This document shows, piece after piece, positions 30,702 through 40,617 of a stretch of 64,000 nt of DNA; the stretch's first letter is position 1; the number at the start of each line of letters is the position of its first letter. The notes under the pieces are model-generated. The model worked only from the letters and a program-made list of their open reading frames with translations, did no database searches and was not told the origin of the DNA. Position numbers and translations under genes: made by a program. This DNA is from an uncultured Planctomycetaceae bacterium (GTDB lineage: Bacteria; Planctomycetota; Planctomycetia; Planctomycetales; Planctomycetaceae). Location: contig CAWFGE010000015.1 of assembly GCA_963815195.1 (NCBI GenBank), positions 416,001 to 480,000 of the forward strand. The letters run 5' to 3'.

Positions 30702-32084
30702 TCATTCCGCGGGCGATGCGATTTCGGGGACGGGGCGGGGTTCGACTTTTTCGCCGTCTTCGAGATTGGCTTCCGGGGCGATAATCACGTCTTCGCCGGC
30801 TTCGACGCCGGCGAGAATTTCGGCGCGGAAATCGTTGAGCAGGCCGACGTCCACGTTCACCCGCCGGGCCCGGCCGTCGCGGACGACGAATACCTGCCAG
30901 TTCCCGTCGCTGCCGCGGAACAACGCCGAGCGGGGAATGCGGAGCGTGTTTGACCGCTGGCCGGTGAAGATGCGAACCCGCACGCGGTAGTCCGCGCCCA
31001 AGACCCGGCCGCGTTTTTGGAGTTCCTCGAGTTCCCCCGGCCGAAAGGCGATCACCACCCGCACCCGCTGCTGTTCCACGCCCAGCGATGAGATCTTTGT
31101 AAAACCCTGCGGCTCGATGCGCTTGATGAGTCCCTGCACGGACCGACTGCCGATCGCCGGCCCGACGATTTCCACGGAGAACCCGTCCCGCATCACGACC
31201 GCATCCTCAGACAGGATCTCCGCCTCGACTTCGAGCTGTTCCATCCGGCCGATTTCCAAGAGGACTTCGCCCGCCGGCAGCACGCGCTGGTTGGAGACAT
31301 GCCGCTCGAGCACCGTCCCATCCACGGGGCTTTGAAGTTCGCTCCGCGCGAGGTCGCGTTCCAACTGCTCCAATTCGAAGCGGGCTTCGGCGAGTTCCTG
31401 ATCGAGCACCGCCTTCTCGAGGCTTTTCTTTTCGATGTATTTCTCGATCGATTCGCGGCCGACGACCATCGCACTCCGGACGGATTCCAGCGAACTCAAG
31501 GTCAGCATGTCCTTGGCGTAATCCACCCGGCTCTGCTTCTGCAGCAGGTCCGCCTCGGCGATTTCTCGGTCGGTGGTGGCGTTTTTGGCTTTGAGACGCT
31601 CCTGGCGGGCGAACTCGGATTCCGCAAACTCGACCTTGGCTTTGCTGGCGGTGGTTTGCTCCGCCGCGGCCCGCACCGTGTCGTTCATGGACCTTAAAAA
31701 CTCGTCGAACTGCTTAAGGGCGTTGTCCTCCAGGCGGGTGTCGTTATTCTGGACGATCTGTTTTTCCAACCGGGCCACGCGGGCTTTGCCTTTCGCAACC
31801 GAAGTCTCCAGGTCGGCCGCTTCCAGCCGGGCCACGACTTGCCCCTTCTTCACCGGGTCGCCCGCAATCAACGCGATGGGCAGCACCCGGCCTTCCAGGG
31901 GCATCGTGATTTTATACACCTCGGGCAGCCGGGTTTTGGCCTGTTCCTCGACAAACGTGGAAATCGAGCCGACCTCCGCCCGGCCGACGTCCACGGGCGT
32001 TCGCCCCGCGCCGAACATCGCCGTCGAAACCGCCACCCCGGTGATCAAGGCGGCGGCGAGAAGGACCCATTTCCAGCGGGACAT
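30702..32084 (-). CDS. HlyD-family efflux periplasmic adaptor subunit
   Basis: N-terminal anchor, lipoyl half motifs (GDPVKKGQVVARL; SPVDGTVL), FTKISSLGVEQQRV. Confidence 0.9.
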   Translation of the reverse strand: MSRWKWVLLAAALITGVAVSTAMFGAGRTPVDVGRAEVGSISTFVEEQAKTRLPEVYKITMPLEGRVLPIALIAGDPVKKGQVVARLEAADLETSVAKGKARVARLEKQIVQNNDTRLEDNALKQFDEFLRSMNDTVRAAAEQTTASKAKVEFAESEFARQERLKAKNATTDREIAEADLLQKQSRVDYAKDMLTLSSLESVRSAMVVGRESIEKYIEKKSLEKAVLDQELAEARFELEQLERDLARSELQSPVDGTVLERHVSNQRVLPAGEVLLEIGRMEQLEVEAEILSEDAVVMRDGFSVEIVGPAIGSRSVQGLIKRIEPQGFTKISSLGVEQQRVRVVIAFRPGELEELQKRGRVLGADYRVRVRIFTGQRSNTLRIPRSALFRGSDGNWQVFVVRDGRARRVNVDVGLLNDFRAEILAGVEAGEDVIIAPEANLEDGEKVEPRPVPEIASPAE

Positions 32085-32204
32085 GGCGAAGTCAATTCCG
32101 GGAAGAAAAAAGCCGATGGTTTGAGGGAATGTGCATTCCCCATCATAATCGGAATCCGAAATTCCATCGAACCCGGATTGGGAAGTTTTACGGGAAACAA
32201 GATC

Positions 32205-32868
32205 ATGACAAAACCGACGCCGCTCACCGTGGAGCAGATGCGAGACAACTTATACACGGCGGTTGTTTGTGACGCCTTGGATTCATTGGGCTATCTGCAT
32301 CAGGCCGTTCGCGTTTCGCTGAAGCCATTGACGTGGAACGGGCTCTTGGTGGGCCGGTGCAAGCCGACGCTGTGGGCGGACATGGCCCATCCCGATCCGA
32401 ACCCTTACGAGTTGGAGCTCGAAGCCGTCGATCGCTGCCGGCCCGGCGACGTGCTGATCGCGGCCGCGGGCGGTTCGATGCGGTCGGGGATTTGGGGGGA
32501 ATTGCTTTCGACGGCGGCCCGCAATTCCGGCTGCGTGGGGGCGATTGTGGACGGAGCCGTCCGCGACGTGGCCAAGATGCAGGCGATGCCCTTTCCCGTG
32601 TTCGCCCGCGGCACCTCGCCTTACGACAGCCAAAGCCGCCAGCGGGTGATCGATTATGATGTGCCCAGTGGAGATCGGCGGCGTGATGTTCGAGCCGGGC
32701 GACCTCGTGTTCGCCGACATCGACGGCGTGGTGGTTGTGCCTCAAGCCGTCGAACAGGAAGCCCTCGCCCGGGCTTGGAACAAGGTGCACGAGGAAAACG
32801 TCACCCGCGACGCCATCCGCGGCGGCATGAAAGCGACCGACGCCTACCGCAAATACGGCACGCTGTGA
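32205..32868 (+). CDS. RraA-family / HMG aldolase-like protein; frameshift near 32665
   Basis: YTAVVCDALD, GIWGELLSTAA, GAIVDGAVRD, then the second frame VEIGGVMFEPGDLVFADIDGVVVVP. Confidence 0.88.
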
Positions 32869-32873
32869 CGACA

Positions 32874-32966
32874 GGCGAGCGGCCGGCGTAAGCCGGCGGA
32901 TCACTTCCACAAACGAAACAACGCCATTTTTCAATGAAATCATAGGGCTGACGCCCGACGCTCGCC
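32874..32966. repeat. REPIN-like inverted pair (GGCGAGCG family) between convergent genes
   Basis: ggcgagcggccggcgtaagccgg ... agggctgacgcccgacgctcgcc (reverse complement ggcgagcgtcgggcgtcagccct). Related copies at about 40555 and 44395-44420. Confidence 0.65.
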
Positions 32967-32972
32967 TTGGGC

Positions 32973-35296
32973 CTACTGTCCGGGAGGCGGGGAGACTTCG
33001 ACTTGATACTTCTTGTCGAAGTGGACCAGCCAATCCTGGCGAAGTTTTTGGCTTTGTTGGTTCATTAAAACGTTCATCGTTTGGTGGGCCGGCGTGTCGG
33101 TCGGGATGAGAAAACTTTCGCGGAGGCTCGCCAGGTCTCCGCCTTCGCCGTATTTGCGTTCGAAGACTTTCCCGACGTAATACTCCGTGCCGTCGGCGTT
33201 CATCAGCACGCCCACATCCCCCACATCCAACTGATGAAACGCGGTCTCCATGAAGTCCTCGCCCGCTTTGGGGACGCCCGTGACCGTACCCAATTCCAAC
33301 CGGGGGAATTGGGGCGTGATGGGGTTCATCCAGCTGAAATCGAAGGCTGGCTGCACGGCGAGCTTCGTGGCGTTTTTCTTGCCGGTGATGGTTTGGCCTT
33401 CCAGGATCTTCTGGATGTCTTTGTTCTCGCCCTCGCGGACGAGTTTCGCGAGGTCCTCCGCGCGGGCCTTGGCTTTTTCGCGGGCTTTGTGGGTTTTCCA
33501 CGCGGCGACGACTTGATCCTGAATCCCCGCATCGTCCCATTCCGGAACGTGCCGGGGATGGTCCTCGATCTTCCAAAAGGCATACCGCGTGCCGTTGCCG
33601 GCGATGGCCTGGTTCGGACGGAACAGCTCGTTCTGGTCGCTCGTAAACACCTGATAGACCACGTTGGCTCCGCCCAAGCGCGGCGTGGCTTTGGGCTGGC
33701 CGGGCAGCGGGGCGGGATTGAGTTCCACGTCCATGGCCTGGCCGATCGGTTGGTCGGTCATTTCCTTCGGGGTCCACGCGGTTTTGGGCACCGTGTAACC
33801 CAGGCCGAGTTTCTTGGCGAGCCGATCCAACTCATCGGAGATTTCCTGCGGCGTTTTGTGCTCGTCGCCTTCGCGCTGCCAGTCCACGCTCAATTCGTTC
33901 ATTTTTCCCAAGGCTTTGGTGATCCGCTCATCGATCGCTTCGCGGGCCTTGGCGATCTCCTTTTGGTCGGCTTCGTCCAAGAGCAGGCTGGCGATTTCGT
34001 CGCGCACCTGATCGAGCGGCAAATACTCCGGTTTGTCGGCGACCGCCGGCCCGGTGTTGGCCTTGGGTTTTTGGGCGACGGCCGGTCCGCCGGGCGTGAG
34101 CGGCTCGGCGCCGCATTGTCCTCGAGCAGCCGCTGATAGGCCGGGTTCGGAAAATTGACGCGGTTCTTTTGATAATACTCGGCGATTGCCATGTCGGTCG
34201 GCTTGGGGGCCGATTTTTTGAAGGCGTTGAAGCTCGCGGTGAAATACGCGAGGCGAGTGCTCCGGGGCACGCCGAACGCCGGGCTGGGCTTCATCATTTC
34301 CACAGGCTCGACCCAGCCGTCTTGCGGATCCAAATATCCGGGCGGGAACTGGTCTTTGTATTGATTGAAGTACGCCGTCAGCTCTTGGTTGGTTTCCACA
34401 TTCTTGGGCACGGGCACCTGATCGGTGAAGGCGCTCACCGGTACGCCGGCGAGGTACATCGACTCTTTGACCGTCGTCCGCTCGTAAAACTCCCACATTT
34501 TTTCGGGAGGCGTGAGGGCGAGCGGATAGACCAGAATCTGATATTCGCGGGCCTTGATGTAATACCGGAGCAGATCGTAAAGCTCCGCTTCGCTCATCTT
34601 GAGCTCCTCGCGAAGCTCGGTGAACTTCTCGGACGTGAGTTGTCCCTTCGGTCCGCTGCCCGCTTGCTGCAAGTACTTCGTGATCGCCGCGTTGGAGACG
34701 CGGATGCCGATTTCATCGGCTTCCTGGGCCATCACCCAGGTGCGGACGGTCGCCTCCCGCGCCGTTCGCGGATCCTCCCGCAGCGAGGCAAACGCGACAC
34801 TCTGAAGTCCCGCATCCCAGAGGTCTTGTTGCCTTTGGATGCTCTGCTCGAGCATCTGCCGAATCTGCGGATTCGTCATCAAATGGCCGAACTGGGACAG
34901 CAATTCCTGCCCCGTCGGCCGGGGGCCGTGGCCCGCTTGATAGACTTCGTAAATAAACTGGTTGGCGGTCCGGCGCTCTTCGATTTTTTTCTGAAGCTCC
35001 GGCTCCTTCAGCTTGCCCACCGTGGTCGTCGCGGCATAATTCCCGCGGATGAAATTCGGTAAAAACAACATCACCGCGAATCCCACCACCACCCCCACGA
35101 CGGCCCACGCCCCCGCCTTGCCCGAGGGCTGCCCCAACAAATAGAACAAAATGCCGAAGGCCATCATGGACATCAAATATGGCAGGTGCTCCGGTTTGAG
35201 GTATTGGGCGAGGATGAAGGCAAACATGCAGAGCAGCACCAAGCCAGCGGTGAGGACGGTGCCGTGCTTCCGAAAAATACCGAACGGGGATCGCAT
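32973..35296 (-). CDS. Membrane-anchored SurA/PpiD-like periplasmic chaperone; frameshift near 34110
   Basis: MRSPFGIFRKH..LVLLCMFAFIL, EADEIGIRVS.AI..YL, ELTAYFNQYK, AIAEYYQKN, PLDQVRDEI, AFHQLDVGDVG. ORFs 33899-35650 and 32973-34496 join. Confidence 0.7.
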
Positions 35297-35717
35297 TCCG
35301 TGATTCCTTGTGCGGGCGGGTGCCGATTCACGCCGCCCCAAGTGTCGAGCGTCTCGGGGAAGAGTCACTTGACAGAGGTTGGAAAAATGATTTAAGGAGG
35401 ACTCCGCAAAGGGCGTTCCCCGAAACACACCCCCACGCCACCTTAGCGGCGGCGAAGGAAACACCCCAATATTTCGCGATGAAAATTGGGAAAATCGAAC
35501 GGTCTCGCGGGAATTCTCTGCTTCGCGCATTGTAGCTTGACCCCTGGGACTGGCAAGTCCAACGCCCGAAGCCGTCCCCCGAAATCGCCCGGTTCGGAAC
35601 GCGTTTTCCGAGCCGACCGGCGGGAATCTCCCCCAAACTGCCCTTGACAAACCGGCCCGCAGGTTGCCACTGTTTTTCCGAAGGGGGCTGGAGAAATCCG
35701 CGGCCAGGCCGCAAACC

Positions 35718-35774
35718 GTAGCAGCGGCATCCTGCCGCCGTGAGTGAATTTCGGCGGCTAAAAGCCACCGCTAC
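35718..35774. repeat. GTAG-type REPIN-like element
   Basis: GTAGcagcggcatcctgccgcc...ggcggctaaaagccaccgCTAC. Confidence 0.55.
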
Positions 35775-35855
35775 AAAGTCCCACACTCATCAAACAACCC
35801 ACACCTCAAGCCGCGCAAAAGAATAGGCGGCGTTTTTCCCAAAGGAACGAAGTTC

Positions 35856-38522
35856 GTGGCGAACAAGAAATGGAAAGCGCTAGTCATCGTCGAATCTCCC
35901 AAAAAGGCCGATAAAATCAGCGGCTATCTGGGAAGAGACTATAAAGTCGTCGCCAGCGTCGGGCACGTCCGCGACCTGCCCGCGAGCGCCGATGAAATCC
36001 CCGAGGAATACAAAGGCCAGGATTGGGTCAAACGCCACGCGGTGAACGTCAAAGAGGGCTTTCAGCCCTTGTATGTGGTTTCGCCGGAGAAGAAGAAAAT
36101 CGTCCGCGAGATCAAATCCGCCCTCAAAGAAGCCGACGAACTCATCATCGCGACGGACGAAGACCGCGAGGGAGAAAGCATCGGCTGGCATCTCGTCCAG
36201 CTTCTGGAACCCAAAGTCCCCGTCAAGCGGATGGTGTTTTCCGAAATCACCAAAGACGCCATCCTCAACGCCATCCAGCACCCCCGGGATCTCGATGTGG
36301 ATCTCGTCCAGGCCCAGGAAACCCGCCGGGTTGTCGACCGGCTGTTCGGCTACGAACTCAGCCCGCTCCTGTGGCGGAAGATCAAACCCAAGCTCTCCGC
36401 CGGCCGCGTGCAGTCCGTCGCGGTCCGGCTGTTGGTCCAGCGGGAACTCGAACGCCTCGCGTTCCACAGCGGAACCTATTGGGACCTCAAAGCCCAACTC
36501 TCCCCCAACGGCAGCGGCGGGTTCGAGGCGATGCTGTTCACCGTCGCCGGCAAGAAAATCGCCACCGGCAAAGACTTCGACGAGCACACCGGCAAAATCA
36601 AAGCCGGCGTGGACGTGTTGCTCCTCGCCGAGCAGGAAGCCCGCGATCTGCAAAACCGCCTTCGCGAGCAGCCGTGGTCCATCCAAAAGATCGAAGAGCG
36701 CAGCCAAACCCGCAAGCCCGCCCCGCCGTTCACCACGAGCTCGCTCCAGATGGAAGCCAACCGCAAGCTCAACATGAGCACCCGCCAAACCATGCGGGTC
36801 GCCCAGACGCTCTACGAAAACGGGCACATCACCTACATGCGGACCGACAGCGTCAACCTTTCGCAGGAAGCGTTGAACGCCGCCCGCAGCTGCGTCCGCA
36901 CCCGTTACGGCGACGAATACCTCAGCCCGGAGCCTCGGCAATACACCAACAAAGCCAAGAACGCCCAGGAGGCCCACGAAGCCATCCGTCCCGCCGGCAC
37001 GGAGATGCTCCCCGCGAAGGAGCTGGGCCTCGGCGGGGATGAGTTCAGACTCTACGAGCTGATCTGGAAGCGGACTGTCGCCACGCAAATGGCCGAGGCC
37101 CGCTTGACGTTCCAGACCGTCACCATCCAATCCGAGGACGCCGAGTTCCGCGCGAGCGGCCGGCACGTGGATTTTCCGGGCTTCTTCCGGGCGTATGTGG
37201 AAGGCAGCGACGATCCCGAAGCAGCGCTCGACGACCAGGAATCCGCCCTGCCTCCGTTAAAAGAAAACCAAACGCTGAGCCTCCAGGAACTCGAAGCCCT
37301 CAGCCACGAAACCAAACCCCCCGCCCGCTACACGGAAGCCTCGCTCGTGGGCAAGTTGGAAGGCGAAGGCATCGGCCGGCCGAGCACGTATTCCAGCATC
37401 ATCAGCACCATCCAGGACCGCGGCTACGTCCGCAAGAACGGCAGCCAACTCGTGCCCACCTTCACCGCGATGGCCGTCACCCGGCTCCTCGAAGACTACT
37501 TCCCCAACCTCGTCGATTACCAGTTCACCGCCCGCATGGAGCAGACGCTCGACGACATCGCCACCGGCGAAGCCGAGCGGCTGCCTTACCTCGAAGCGTT
37601 TTACTCCGGCGACGAAGGCCTCGAAAAACAGGTCGAGCAAAAGATCGAAGTCATCGACCCCCGCGACGCCTGCACGCTCAAGCTCGACGGTCTGAAGCAC
37701 TCCGTCCGCGTCGGGAAATACGGCCCCTACTTCGAACAGGCCAACGGCGAGGAAAAAGTCACCGCCTCCATTCCCGACGACATGGCCCCCGCGGACTTGA
37801 GCGACGAGTACGCCCAGAAACAACTCGAACTCAAGCAACAGGAACCGCAATCGCTCGGCATTCATCCCGAAGAGAACCTGCCGATCTATCTCAAAGTCGG
37901 CCCCTATGGTCCCTATGTGCAACTCGGCGAGCCGACCGACGAACAGCCCAAGCCCAAACGCGTCGGCCTCACCAAGGCTCAGGATCCCGAGAACGTCACC
38001 TTCGAGGAAGCCTTGGCCCTCTTGGAACTCCCCAAGCGGCTCGGCCATCACCCGGAAACGGAGAAGGTCGTCAAAGTCGGCGTGGGCATGTACGGCCCCT
38101 ATGTACTGCACGACAAGACCTACGGCAACTTCGACAAAAAAACGCACACCTACGAGTTCGAGGGTAAGACTTATAATGTCTTAAATGTCACTCTCGAAGC
38201 CGCGGTGGACATGCTCAAAAACGCGAAGAAACGAGCCGCCCCCACGCCCATCCGCGAACTCGGCAAGCACCCCGAAGACGAAGAAATCATCGGCATCTTC
38301 GAAGGCCGCTATGGGCCTTACGTCAAGCACAAAAAAATCAACGCCACGATCCCCAAAGACAAAGACCTGGAAAAAATCACCTTAGAAGAGGCCCTAAAAC
38401 TCCTGGAAGAAAAAGCCATCAAAAAAGGCGTCAAGAAAAAGAAAACCACCAAGAAGAAGACGACCACCAAAAAGAAAAAAGCCGCGAAGAAGAAGTCCAG
38501 CAAGAAAAAACAAGCCGGCTGA
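35856..38522 (+). CDS. topA: DNA topoisomerase I (type IA)
   Basis: LVIVESPKK, SVGHVRDL, ATDEDREGE, SAGRVQS, ITYMRTDS, AQEAHEAIRP, GIGRPSTY; C-terminal G.YGPY repeats and Lys-rich tail. Confidence 0.98.
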   Translation: MANKKWKALVIVESPKKADKISGYLGRDYKVVASVGHVRDLPASADEIPEEYKGQDWVKRHAVNVKEGFQPLYVVSPEKKKIVREIKSALKEADELIIATDEDREGESIGWHLVQLLEPKVPVKRMVFSEITKDAILNAIQHPRDLDVDLVQAQETRRVVDRLFGYELSPLLWRKIKPKLSAGRVQSVAVRLLVQRELERLAFHSGTYWDLKAQLSPNGSGGFEAMLFTVAGKKIATGKDFDEHTGKIKAGVDVLLLAEQEARDLQNRLREQPWSIQKIEERSQTRKPAPPFTTSSLQMEANRKLNMSTRQTMRVAQTLYENGHITYMRTDSVNLSQEALNAARSCVRTRYGDEYLSPEPRQYTNKAKNAQEAHEAIRPAGTEMLPAKELGLGGDEFRLYELIWKRTVATQMAEARLTFQTVTIQSEDAEFRASGRHVDFPGFFRAYVEGSDDPEAALDDQESALPPLKENQTLSLQELEALSHETKPPARYTEASLVGKLEGEGIGRPSTYSSIISTIQDRGYVRKNGSQLVPTFTAMAVTRLLEDYFPNLVDYQFTARMEQTLDDIATGEAERLPYLEAFYSGDEGLEKQVEQKIEVIDPRDACTLKLDGLKHSVRVGKYGPYFEQANGEEKVTASIPDDMAPADLSDEYAQKQLELKQQEPQSLGIHPEENLPIYLKVGPYGPYVQLGEPTDEQPKPKRVGLTKAQDPENVTFEEALALLELPKRLGHHPETEKVVKVGVGMYGPYVLHDKTYGNFDKKTHTYEFEGKTYNVLNVTLEAAVDMLKNAKKRAAPTPIRELGKHPEDEEIIGIFEGRYGPYVKHKKINATIPKDKDLEKITLEEALKLLEEKAIKKGVKKKKTTKKKTTTKKKKAAKKKSSKKKQAG

Positions 38523-38572
38523 TGCCCGTAAGAGCCGCGCACGCAGTAAGCGGACCGTTTCTGGTACACCAA

Positions 38573-38713
38573 GGGGTGGCCCAGGTTGCTTGCAACCTGG
38601 GTCGCGCAGCGACAAGAGGTTATCATGGTCGAGAAAGAAGTGACACAGATTACCCGTTGAGAACAAACCTCTTGGGCTTCGCCCCCAGGTTGGCAAGCAA
38701 CCTGGGCCACCCC
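38573..38713. repeat. REPIN-like element with 21-bp perfect inverted arms
   Basis: GGGGTGGCCCAGGTTGCTTGC (38573-38593) / GCAAGCAACCTGGGCCACCCC (38693-38713); each arm is itself a hairpin; inner CAAGAGGTT/AACCTCTTG pair. Confidence 0.8.
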
Positions 38714-38854
38714 GCGAGGAGTATGCATCCAGAACTAATGGCGCACTGCTTGAACGTCTAAAGGAATATCTGAGAAAACATAAAGGATGCGTTAAATATG
38801 GCGTACCTCCACGGACTCCTGCTTTCACACGATCGGGTCAAAGAGTAAGTAATC

Positions 38855-38932
38855 GTAGGGCAGGCTCCCGCAGGCTCCTGCCTGCCGATTTGTTGCGATT
38901 CTTAAAAGAAGACAGGCGGGAGCCTGCCCTAC
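38855..38932. repeat. GTAG-type REPIN-like element with 17-bp perfect inverted arms
   Basis: GTAGGGCAGGCTCCCGC (38855-38871) / GCGGGAGCCTGCCCTAC (38916-38932). Confidence 0.8.
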
Positions 38933-38937
38933 TTTTT

Positions 38938-40468
38938 ATGCCAGTTTCCCCACTCATCTCCATCGAACACATCACCAAGCGGTTCCCCGGCGTGACCGCT
39001 TTGGAGGATGTGAGTTTTGATGTGTTGCCCGGCGAACTCCATGCGGTGGTGGGGGAGAATGGGGCGGGGAAGAGTACGCTCATGAAGATTCTCTCCGGGG
39101 TGCTTTCGGCTTCGGAGGGGCGGGTTTTGCTCAAGGGGCGGCCGGCGGAGTTTCAGAGCACCCGCGATGCCGAGGCCGCGGGCGTGAGCATTATTCATCA
39201 GGAACTCAATCTTGTTGAGGAACTCTCGGTCGCGGCGAATATCTTTCTGGGCCGGGAACGCACGGGCCGCTGGGGACTGCTCGACGACCGCACGATGCAG
39301 CGGGAGGCGGCGGCGATTTTTGAACAATTGGACTGCTCCATTTCTCCGGCCCAGTTGGTGCGGGAACTGCGGGTGGGCGATCAGCAGTTGGTGGAAATCG
39401 CCAAGGCCCTTTCGATCAAAGCCGAGATTTTGATCATGGATGAGCCGACCAGCGCCCTCACCGAAGGCGAAGCCCGGCGGCTGTTTCGCGTGATCGATCG
39501 GCTGCGAAAGCAGGGCGTGACCATCCTCTCCATCTCCCACAAAATGGAGGAAGTATTTCGGCTGTCCGACCGCATCACCGTGCTGCGCGACGGCCGGCTG
39601 GTCGGCACGTTTCGAAACGGCCCAAACCACTCCCCGCGAGATCACCCATCAAATGGTCGGCCGGGAAATCGAGGAAGTCCACCTGGGCAAAGGCCGACGT
39701 CCGGGCGAGTGTCTGTTGGACGTTCAGAACCTCTCGCTGCCCTGGCCGGGCCACGCCCGGAAGTGGAGGCTCCGGGACATCAACTTTTCGCTCAGGTCTG
39801 GCGAGGTGTTGGGCATCGCCGGGCTGATGGGCGCGGGCCGGACGGAGCTGTTGGAATGTCTGTTCGGCGTCAGCGTGGTCCCGCCCGAGGGCCAGATCGT
39901 CATCGAGGAACAGCCGGCGCGGTTTCGTCATCCCGCCGACGCCATGAAAGCCGGCATCGCCTTGGTGACGGAAGACCGCAAACGCCAGGGGTTGTTCGGC
40001 CATCTTTCCGTGCGGGAGAACATCACCCTCTGCACGCTGCCGGAGGCGCTGCGAGGCGGGCTGGTTTCCGGGAGAGCCGAACGCCTTATGACGGAGGAAT
40101 CCATCGATCTGTTGGGCATCAAAACCGCGGGGCCGGAGTCTCCGATCACCAGCCTTAGCGGCGGCAATCAGCAGAAGTGCATCATGGCCCGCTGGCTGCG
40201 CACGCGGCCCAAGATCCTGCTGTTGGACGATCCGACGCGGGGCATCGATGTGGGGGCGAAAGCGGAGCTTTATAAAATCATCGACCGCCTCTGCCGGGAG
40301 GGATTAGGAATCCTCGTCACGTCGAGCGAGCTGCCCGAGTTATTGACGCTCTCTGACCGGATTCTCGTGCTCTGTGAAGGCCGGTTGACGGGGGAATTTG
40401 GGCGAAGCGAATTCCGCGAGCAAACCATTATGGAAGCCGCGACGAACCGCGAAAACCTGGCTGTTTGA
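38938..40468 (+). CDS. Sugar ABC transporter ATP-binding protein (RbsA/MglA type, two NBDs); frameshift near 39612
   Basis: GENGAGKST, IIHQELNL, DEPTSAL, SHKMEE, second NBD GLMGAGRTE, LSGGNQQK, DDPTRGIDVGAK. Confidence 0.93.
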
Positions 40469-40554
40469 TTAGTATTCCGGAGGAAGCCGTCTTGCCGAAA
40501 GCTGCGGATTGTGAGAACATCCCCGCCCCGATGAAATGGCCGCGCTGCGCGCCA

Positions 40555-40577
40555 GGCGAGCGGCCGGCGTAAGCCGG
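40555..40577 (+). repeat. REP-like copy (GGCGAGCG family)
   Basis: ggcgagcggccggcgtaagccgg, identical to the copy starting at 32874. Confidence 0.7.
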
Positions 40578-40617
40578 TTGATCGTTCGCCAATGATAATA
40601 AGACGGAGTGCTCAATC

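Noticed and set aside
32205..32868. Calling RraA, the ABC ATPase, sulfatase, DsbD, MFS etc. pseudogenes or programmed frameshifts
   Set aside because: Each has a single indel with no other decay, no slippery heptamer is evident, and the pattern is window-wide; sequencing error is more parsimonious.
38573..38932. CRISPR array or IS element
   Set aside because: The repeats are inverted pairs, not regularly spaced direct repeats; no cas or transposase ORF.
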